A stretch of DNA of 64,000 nucleotides from Octopus vulgaris (lineage: Eukaryota). The notes under the pieces are model-generated. The model searched no databases and had not been told where the DNA came from. It was given only the letters and a program-made list of their open reading frames with translations. The stretch covers positions 13,268,001-13,332,000 of the forward strand of contig OX597818.1 of NCBI GenBank assembly GCA_951406725.2, in the 5' to 3' direction. Made by a program: the position numbers and the translations under genes. Shown here piece after piece: positions 54,587 to 64,000 of the stretch (position 1 is its first letter; the number at the start of each line of letters is the position of its first letter).

Positions 54587-54718
54587 AGATAGATGGTAAA
54601 TATTTTTATTCTTTCATTCCCTTCGAAATTTATCCCTAATAGTCGTTTGGATTGTGGCTATTCCTTCTAGTGTGCCAGGTATCCTATGATGGGTACCTCT
54701 TATGTATTTATATTTACA

Positions 54719-54780
<62 letters not shown>

Positions 54781-54824
54781 CTATGTATTTTTTTATGTAT
54801 GTATATTAAAATATGTAGCTCTCT

Positions 54825-54916
<92 letters not shown>

Positions 54917-55009
54917 GTTAATTCTTATTATATTAAAATATATGTAATATATATATCAAAATTAACTTCAACATTCCACTGGAAAATTGGGAATATGAAA
55001 AATCGGATG

Positions 55010-55948
55010 TCTCTTTAAAATACATTCCCGTACCATCTAACAAGGAATATTTCAAAGATCTAATAAACAAAACTAAGGAATTCGTATACAGAATATGATG
55101 GAATGTTTAGTATTTCGAAAAGAAACTTGAACAAGAAAATAAAGGAATAAGTCAAGATAGCAACAAGACAGATGTAATTAAAAGAAATTTCAAAACGGGG
55201 AGATACACACCATCTAACAAACATCTCGATGTCGTTGAAGACGAATTATAGGAATTTATAATCTAAAGAAGGTGTTTTGATTCCCCCTCACAAAACAGGA
55301 AATATCTATAATTTGAACATTGCTCTATATCACGATCTACGTAGGAAGGAGATCACGAAAAAAAAAACACAAGATAGTTACCAGAAATACATTAAGAATA
55401 ATAAATCTTGAAGCAACAAATATGACTGAATACGCTTTTAAAGGTAAAATATAAACTTCTTTTCCTTTAAGGCCTAGAATTTCTTTAAAGGTCTACAAGA
55501 ACGATTTTGAAATAAATCCTAAACAAATCCTAAAGATTAATCTGCTCTGCTAAATCGGACATACGTAAAATCAGTAAATGTATTGTAGACAATTATGTAG
55601 GACTTAAGAACAAAATTAAACTGAAACTATAGTCAAATATACAAGAAGCAATAGAAAATATAAAAATATGCCAATTCTTACAGGTAGCTATTAATGTATA
55701 TTAGTCGTCAATTAACTAAACAATTAACAAAATAGTGTCCTTATATTTACTGAAATAATACTAAATTGTCTAGGGAAGAAATTCAAGTCATACTAACAGC
55801 TAGAAAATCAATAATTAAGTTCGACAATAAACTACGAGCCCCAAACGTTACACCCGATTGCTTTGATATAGCTATGGGATCATCTGATTCAGCCCAGGCC
55901 ACAGATATGGTTGGTATATACATTCTACATAAATTCAATAGCCCATAA
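55010..55948 (+). mobile_element. Decayed PLE (Naiad-type) 5' ORF and RT, related to 16266-17486
   Basis: SLKYIPVPSNKEYFKDLINKTKEFVYRI*W N-terminus and ILTARKSIIKFDNKL..FDIAMGSSDSAQATDMVGIYILHKFN. Confidence 0.8.
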
Positions 55949-56389
55949 CCCACCTGCGAATTCTAGTGATAATCTTAGCAAGTTCTATGATTGTAGGGAT
56001 AAAGAGCAATATAAATTTAATAATTGTTGCAAACAATTTAGTATACCAAGCTATATTTGAAGCTGAAGAGAAACTCCACACCAGCACACCACATCACACC
56101 ATTCCGACACCACTCCACAAACATGAGCACTGGCCACTTCCCAGCTCCCAAACCATCATCCACACACCCACACATTACAGATGCGCACATTTACACACAC
56201 AAACATCAACACATCAAAGTCAACAGCCCCTATCCACACGCACACACACACTCTCACATACCCACAGGCACGAGCATCTTCGTTTTGGGATCACCAGTAC
56301 TTTATTATCTACCCTTCTTCCTAGCTCTCCTGCCTTACTAGCTCTGTCCAAACAGTCGCCATGATTGACCACTAACTCCAAAAATTTGT

Positions 56390-58560
56390 TTATTCTCTCT
56401 CTCTCTCTCTCGTTTTTCTATACTTTCTCACTTTATTTCCCCCCGTTCCTTTCTGTTGAAAAGCGTAGTCCCGAAACGTAAAATACTTTCTCCCCTTCCC
56501 AAGCGTCAAACTAATACACCAGCTTGTTGTTTGTACACCTGTCTTCGTCGTTTGCTTTTCTGTAAATTTCAACTATATGTTCTACGCTCAAGTGGTCGCA
56601 CCAGTTTTATCCTGCTTTAACTTCCTACACTTCCTACCTCTACCTGAACTCACTCTGTGCACCTCTCTCCTCATCTACACATCTCTCTTCCTTCCATTCC
56701 CTTTTATTCTTCTCTTCTTTTCTTCCATTTCTCTCTCCGTGCCTCCTTTCTTCTTTCTTTTCTCTCATTTTTCTTCTCCTGCCTTATAAATTTTCTTCTC
56801 ACCCCTTTTGAATTTTTTGAATTTTTATACTCCGTACGTCATTACTTTGCCTTTCTCTCTCTCATTTTGTTCTCCTTTTTCAGTCATGCCCATTATAAGT
56901 CTGTCCTACTCCACCTTCATCGCCGCCTACAGAACCACCTTTCCACACTACATTTCTGCTGCTTTCAACCTTCTATTTATCTTTTCCTACTTCTTTTCAA
57001 AAATACACGGTTCTCAGTCGCTGGCTTCACCACCGCTACATCTCCAAAGGTTTCCACCTCCTCCAATTTCCACTCTGCTTCTATCATCCTATCCAAACTC
57101 TGTACCAATTCCTACCGCTTTATGCGTGCAACCATTCGTTCCAATCTCTCCAAAATACATACTCTCGACCGCCTTCTCCCTCTCGCTAATTCCGTCTTTT
57201 TCTCCCCTCTTTCACCTTCCTATGCAAACCCTACTCTACGCTACATAATCCATTTAAATCTTATCTACCATGAATTTCTCCTTCGAACTTAAACTCTACT
57301 CACTCTTCCATTCCGTCACAGCCGATGACACTACCCCAATCACTCGCCATCCCCTCCCTCCCCAATACGCTTTCCACTCATTTTCATTTCAAAGCCTTCA
57401 CTCACTCTAACCCTCCACACACTTACCCGTCTTCTCTCTCCTCCCAGCCTTCCACTACCCCGCCAATCTCCTACATGTAACCCATCCACCTGCTCCGTAA
57501 TTCAGTCTGTTGTTGCCATTCCTCCTAATCTTTCTCTCTCTGAGGCGGAGCGCTCACTTTTCAGTAGAGGTCTGTGCTTCATTCCCCTCACTCCATCCAG
57601 TAACGAATTTCAGACCAGCTTTGTGCGCAGTGTGAGGCTATACGAAGAGGATTGCTTCACCGACCTAGGCCGTCGATCATCACACTGGACGCCAGCTCCT
57701 GTCCAGTTCCAAGCAGTTGATAATTTTGCGGGTAACTGTCAACGTGTTGTGGACCGGTTTAACTTTTGCAGGCGTCCCCGACATCTAAACATCTCGCCAG
57801 CCGAGCTCTCGGCCTTTTGATGTCTCCGACACCGCAAAGATATTATCATAAAACCCGCCGACAAGGGTGGAGCCTATGTGGTGTGGCGTGCAGACCACTA
57901 CAAGGCTGAAGCTCTCTGCTAACTTCAAGACACCTCCTTCTGTTGCCCTCTGCGCTGCCACCCCACGATTAGCTACCAACAGACTGTGTCCTCCACTATC
58001 CATGACCTTATCTCCTCCTCTCGTCACCCTCCCACCGACTCCAACCTCATTTTCCGGTCTCCTCGCACCCTACCATCTACTTCCTTCCCCAAATCTACAA
58101 GTCCAACAACCCTAGCCGCCCCATTGTCTCCGTCTGTAACTGCCCAACAGTACTGATCTCGAAATAAGTCTACCGTGTCCTTGTGCCCCTAACTCCTTCC
58201 CTGCCCTTACACATCCACGACACTAACCATGCTCTTCGTCTTTTCCGTCCCCTCTAAACTTCTCTTCACTCTTAATATCAAGAGTCTATATACGGTAATC
58301 CCACATAACGAAGTACTTCTTGCCCTCAAAAACTTCCTAAACCTTCAACACAAACCCCAACTTGACACATTCACACTTCTTCATCTGACCGAAATTGCCC
58401 TCTTCTCCAATTGCTTCTCGTTCGTGGGTGAGCTTTACCAAGAGACTGGGGTGTGGACATAGGAACGAGAATGGACCCCAACTATGGGAATCTGTCGTTG
58501 GCTACTTTGAGGCCGAAATATTTTGAAGACTCACTGGTCTCACTCGCGAACTCTACGGTT
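56390..58560 (+). mobile_element. Decayed Penelope-like element: pseudo-LTR (56390-56575, HHR at 56449-56484) plus RT
   Basis: DIIIKPADKGGAYVVW, IYFLPQIYK..SRPIVS.CNCPT, LNIKSLYTVIPH, NCFSF.GELYQ and GTRMDPNY. Confidence 0.87.
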
Positions 58561-59199
58561 GTACACACGCAAACACACACACACACATACACACACAATG
58601 TCACATGTTATTATATGTGTCGTTATATAACACACATGACATACCTACCCCATCGATATTGTCTCTATCTATGTTTAGGGGAAATTAGTATTTTCAAATG
58701 AAACGCACAAATATATTGAAGTGAGATAAGAAAGTGACAACTTACCTCATAAATTTTGGTGTGGAATATGTGAAACAAAGGAAAAATGTTGGAGTGAAAT
58801 CTAAGTTACGGTTTCTATTCCGAAGGTATGCAGAGAATAAAACGAAAGTGATCTTACAAGGTTTCTATTATGAAGGTACGCAGCGAAAAAATGAAAACTG
58901 AACTTCTATAGATATAAATATAGAACTTATTGGAATTAAAATAATACTTATTGAGTAATACTTATGGCAATCTGAAGTAATGAAGCTTATACAGTTATAT
59001 ACCTACCACACATACACACATGTTATTGTTTGTGCCGTTATATTACACATATGCCGTATGTACAGAAGTGTGTACAACCGTACTTTGAAATTTAATGAAG
59101 AAATAATATAATCCTATAAAAAAATTTTCCCTTGAGCAGGTTATTTATTTTTAATTTAGTTTAATTGGGTTTCTCAGCAATCCTCGTCAATACGTGCAA

Positions 59200-60768
59200 A
59201 CGTGCCCAGGCAAAACCACTGCCACAGTTTTCTTGCAAATGGCAAGCTTCCAAGGAACCTGGGGGATTAATATGCCAAATCCATAAAAGATGAGGCAGAG
59301 TAGATGCCAAAAATTATAGGCCTATCCCTCTGACTTTGCACATCAGCAAATCATGGAACAAATATTCAGAGGGAAACTAATCGAGTTCCTTGAACAATAC
59401 GACTTGCTGAGTGATACCAACCATGGTTTTCGGCCAGGTGGGAACTGCCTGACAACTCCTACAGCACTATGACTCGGTGTTGAAGCAGTTACTTCACAAC
59501 TAAACTTTAGAGTAATATACTTCGAATTTGCAAAAGCCTTTGATTGAGTTGATCATAGTATGATATGCCACAAACTGCGCAATTTTGGCATAGCTGGAAC
59601 ACTTAGAGAGTGGTTACACGACTTTCTGAAAGATAAAGAGAGTGGTTACATGACTTTCTGAAAGATATGTCAGGCAGAGGTGGTCAATGGAGCCATCTCA
59701 AAGGTAACACGAATAGTGGATAGTGTTTCACAGGGAACGGTCTTAGGACCACTGCTTTACGTAGAGGCCTTCCCAGATATGCCCTCAGCTACCCGGATAG
59801 TTACACTTGCTAGCTATGCATACAATACGAAAGTGTCGCAGAAAAGGCAAAACCCTAGCAATGTTGCACGCCTGCATTAGGTGTTGGACGCAATTTATAG
59901 ATGGGCCGAGGGCAATAATATGCAGTTTAATGAGGGAAAATTCCAAGCACTGAGCTATCAACACCCAAAACTGAACGGAAAAGTTATAGGGTACACTGCC
60001 TTATGGGGTAGTACAATCCCAGGACCTAAATCAGTACGTTACCTGGATATCGACATGAATGATGTACCACTTTCCAAGAACGCATTACCAAGATGGCGAC
60101 AAAGTGCAGGCGGGTGGCTGGCTGGATCCTGAGGACCTTTAAAACCAGAGTGAAGGAAACCATGATGACGTTCTAGAGGACATGCGTCCTCAGCCAAATG
60201 GACTACTGCTCCCAAGTATGAAAAATTACCAGCAGACCTTGAAGCAATCCAGTGAAGCTTCACAAAGAAGACCATCTCATTGCAAAAGCTCAGCTACTGG
60301 GAAAAGCTGAAACAGCTAAGACTCTACTCTCTGGACCAAAGGAGAGATATGCAGTAATATACATCTGGAAGATCGTGGAAGAGATTGTGCCAAATTTTGG
60401 CATTGAAAGCTACACAAATGCCAGAACGGCTCGTCACTACACAAATTCCAACAATGCCGTCTCGCTTCAGGAGCAGTACTGCAATGACTTAGGTTTCAAT
60501 GTCCCACAGCTTTTTAATATTCTCCCAAAGATCTTGAGGGACCTACACAAAGTGTCTGCAGGTATTTTCAAAGTAAAATTGAGTCTCTTCCTGTCGAGAG
60601 TCCCAAATGAACCAACCTCGCGGCAAGATGCGCAGATTAGGGCAGTGACCTTAAACTCCCTTATTCACCAAACGCTAAATATCAGAAGAGGCTCTCAATA
60701 ATAACATTGTAGCAAAACGGTAGTACCCTAGCATGGCCGCGGCTTTCAGCTGAAATCGATAAAGAAAG
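59200..60768 (+). mobile_element. 5'-truncated CR1-group LINE, pseudogenised
   Basis: NYRPIPLT, HGFRPG, FAKAFD*VDH, SQGTVLGPLLY, WAEGNNMQFNEGKF and PQLFNILP..LRDL; 31-bp internal tandem duplication at about 59606-59667. Confidence 0.88.
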
Positions 60769-61437
60769 TGGTATGTTAATCCAATGAAAATTATTACACC
60801 CTTAAATCCTTCATTTATTTATTGTCAATTTGGAAGTGGCACATAAACATTATATCCCTTAGATTTATTATTCTTGAAATGCGATTTTGTACATATTGAA
60901 AAAGTCCTTCGGAGGGCTGCTAGAATCTCGAGACCACTTCTATGGTTCGTCGTGAACAATACACAAGAATTATCTTCTAGATTTTATATCCACGCTGTAT
61001 TTTTTCCTATAGGCGGACAGACAGACTAACACACACACACACACGCACACACGTGCGCACACATGAATTTTCATTATATAGGCGTATTAATAATAAGGAT
61101 TACTATAAAGTGCATAGCATAACATTTAATTCTTTAATTGATATACCATATTACATAGACCAACACATTTTTGAATTGCACCGATTAGTAGCCGTTGAAA
61201 TTGGAACCCTATTATAAAACCGGTGCAGTTTCTTCAGGGTTTTTACTTAATATCCTTCTATTTGGCATATGTGGAGGAGAAGGCATACAGGTAGCAAAAA
61301 TAAAAAATAAAAACGATTACATATATATGTGCACATGTGCTTGTTTGTGTGTGTATGTGTGTGTTTACGTCTGTGCATGCGTGAGTGATTGAGTGCTTAT
61401 ATATTAGCGTGTGTGTGTAAAGTTGTATTATTGGAGG

Positions 61438-61640
61438 TTTCAACGGGCTATATAATAAGGTGAAGTTTACAAAAATAAACAAAAGACGAAGGTAGGTGAT
61501 GTACAAACACACAGATGTATCAGTATAGCACTCAGGAATAGAAAAAGTCTTTTACGTTTCGAGCCTACGCTCTTCAACAGAAAGATACACAGAAAAAACA
61601 ATGAGAGAAAAAATGTGTGTAGTAGCTAACGACCTATCAA
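61438..61640 (-). mobile_element. Solo PLE pseudo-LTR (same family as 56390-56575) with HHR at 61548-61585
   Basis: Reverse-complement homology to 56450-56575; UCUUU-CUGUUGA-A-GAGC-guag-GCUC-GAAA-CG-UA-AAAGA. Confidence 0.75.
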
Positions 61641-62373
61641 AGGTAATAGTTGTAGTTTTGATTTATCAAAAATTAAACAAATATTTTGTTAAAATCTTTT
61701 TGACCTGGTATTTTCCGACGGATACGTTATAATTGGTTAATGGTAGTTTAAATAAATGTTTGTTAAAGTACGATTATGCGTAGAAAATCAATAAATAATT
61801 TATTTTTATGCTCATGTTTCTTTTCATTTACATTCAACCACCATATCACTGTAATATTTCAATAGGACTGGTCTTTTCAAGTTTTACTGACCGTTCTGCT
61901 GACTGCGTTGCAGCAAGTAATTACTTTGTTTTATCAAAATATTTTTAAATGTCATTTCCATGAAATCAGGTACGTAGATAAAAACGAGGCCCCATTTGAA
62001 CCGCGAAACCTATAAGATAATTCTTCTGAAACACTTTACATATTTTTCTTAGCAAATTCTGAGCCTTTTCTCTAAACTATGCTATTTAATTATACATACA
62101 TACATGCATACATACGTTCGTACGTATACACACACAGAGACATATTATGCCAAACTCTGAATCGGTTCCGTGCTACTTCAAGTTTTGTAGGCACCTAACG
62201 AGAACCTGACACCTTCAAACTTTTAAAATGACCAAAGATTCGTACATTCCAGAAGGCGTAAGGGGTCGGACTCTCGTTAGGAACCTGTGAAACTTGATGT
62301 AACACAGAAGGAATCAAACTGCCTTAAATAAGTCATGTAACTTTTATCAAATGTGTTGAATGCCTGTTTCTTT

Positions 62374-62417
<44 letters not shown>

Positions 62418-63449
62418 CACGCACACACACACGTGCACACACGGGAGCGCGGACACACACATTCACGCACACATACATACATACACACAAATATGTATAT
62501 TGTATATATATTATGTATATTGATTTATTTATAGTAACGAATTAAAAGCAGCGCTTGGGTTGCGAACATTATCGACTGCGCATACTCAATGTATGTATTT
62601 TGCTTGTTCGCCGCTTTCCAGCGGTAAACAGCTCATTGTATTGGATGTTGGAATAACTGAAGTCCATAGGTGAGTTGTCTCCTTCATGTTTGCTGGATAC
62701 TGATATTTTGCCACTTCTCTGCCTTATCAACACCGGAGACGAATTGAAATGCCACTCTATGACTATATTTAAATAGCGTAAAAACTATTCAAAAACTGCT
62801 GATATGCCACGTCGATCCATACGTAAGATCAAATTAGGTCCCGAATTAAAAAGAAAACAGCACCAATACTGTAATTATTATCGACCGCACATACTCAATA
62901 TATGTGTTTATCTATTTTCCTACTTGAATGGCATTGTATATATAAATAACAATTTTCCTTTAAGGATGCATTAATTTTACGGTTCTGATATAATTTCATT
63001 GAAAACCCGTCTATAATCTTCCTCTACGTTTCCTAAGATGTTTTTATATGGAGTGGGTTCTGCAAAGAGAGGAGCATAGACGGAATATACTTTAGATTCT
63101 TCATGTCGCTTCGCTTTGTGCCAAATTATATTTATTTCAAATATAATTTGTAATTCTATTACTTACGTCTTCTAGCACAGTAGAAAGAATTTGCAATAAA
63201 CGTGAAATTTTATTCGTGCTTTTACAATTTAATAACATGATCGTGTATTTTTACTTCGGAAAGTAGAGGCGCAATGCATAGATAGGGAAATGAGAAACAA
63301 AACGTATATATGTTTTCCAAGAAAACAATACACAAATATTAGTTATTGTCGGATATTATATTTATTATTTGTCGGATTTCACAACCTCTCAGAATAAATA
63401 TAATCACCCAAACCTTGTAAAGTAAGCTTTACTTAAAGGTTTAGGACGC

Positions 63450-64000
63450 AGTTATAATTATGTTCGAGAGATGGAATGGCTGTTAGGATGGATGTGAGTA
63501 TAAATAGTAAGGTGTTAGAGGAGGTGAGTGTTTTTATGTATCTGGGATCACATGTGGTGGTGCATGGGGTGTTCGCTGAAGAAGTGAGATATAGAGTAAA
63601 ATACTTGGAGTTATGAAAGGTATGCTGAGAGTATGAGAGTATGAGAGTGTAAAGAGGTTTGTATGAGGGCATGATTGTGGCGACAATGTTATATGGTGCA
63701 GAGACGTGGGGCTGAGAGGGGCGAAAAGGAGGCGAATAGATGTGTTTGAGATGAGATGTCTGAGATCTCTGGCTGGTGTGACACGGATGGACAGGATGAG
63801 GAATGAGGAGGTGCAAAGGCGAGCAGGAATGAAAGTAAAACTAACAGCCAAAATAGATTAATGTTGAGGTGGATTAGCCATATGGAGAAGATGGATGAGG
63901 AGCGGATGGTAAGGAGGGTGATGAAGGCAGAAGCAGTAGGCAGCAGAACCGGAGGCGAAGTTGGGTTTGTGTGGATGGATGGAGTGAGGAAAGGCTTTGG
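63450..64000 (+). mobile_element. RTE-clade LINE fragment (RT C-terminus), runs off the window
   Basis: LEEVSVFMYLGS, LYEGMIVATMLYGAETW, FEMRCLR..VTRMDRMRNEEV and LRW.SHMEKM. Confidence 0.9.

Noticed and set aside
56657-57292. 211-aa hydrophobic ORF as a membrane protein
   Set aside because: Pyrimidine-rich 5' region of the Penelope-like element.
58810-58905. 49-bp tandem duplication (also 41055-41112 and 36566-36602)
   Set aside because: Ordinary short local duplications with no further structure.

Overview
AT-rich, microsatellite-dense eukaryotic DNA. The SINE and transposon repertoire resembles a coleoid cephalopod such as Octopus; this is inferred from recognised repeats, not verified. 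No intact host protein-coding exon or prokaryotic system was recognised, and almost all ORFs in the track are microsatellite artefacts or transposon pseudogene fragments. The window is a transposable-element graveyard. It holds three stacked Dong/R4-type RLE retrotransposons in a (TAA)n tract, Tx1/L1, RTE/BovB and CR1-group LINE remnants, and several Penelope-like elements (PLEs). It also holds two RepHel Helitron remnants, a Helentron-type non-autonomous element, mariner and pogo/Tigger pseudogenes, MITEs, four tRNA-SINE families and a 5S rRNA pseudogene. The most interesting layer is RNA structure. More than ten minimal type-I hammerhead ribozyme (HHR) motifs, intact or decayed, occur in several unrelated repeat families. 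These include a non-coding LTR-like unit with an HHR in each direct repeat (retrozyme-like, predicted 558-nt monomer), an inverted pair of HHRs, a tRNA-SINE with an HHR tail, and a family with a CUGUUGA variant core. Other highlights are a 5S rRNA-SINE chimera inserted as one unit, a covarying 3' stem-loop shared by a SINE and a CR1-group LINE, and a conserved 3'UTR stem-loop in the three Dong/R4 elements. All coordinates were read by eye and boundaries of decayed elements are approximate.
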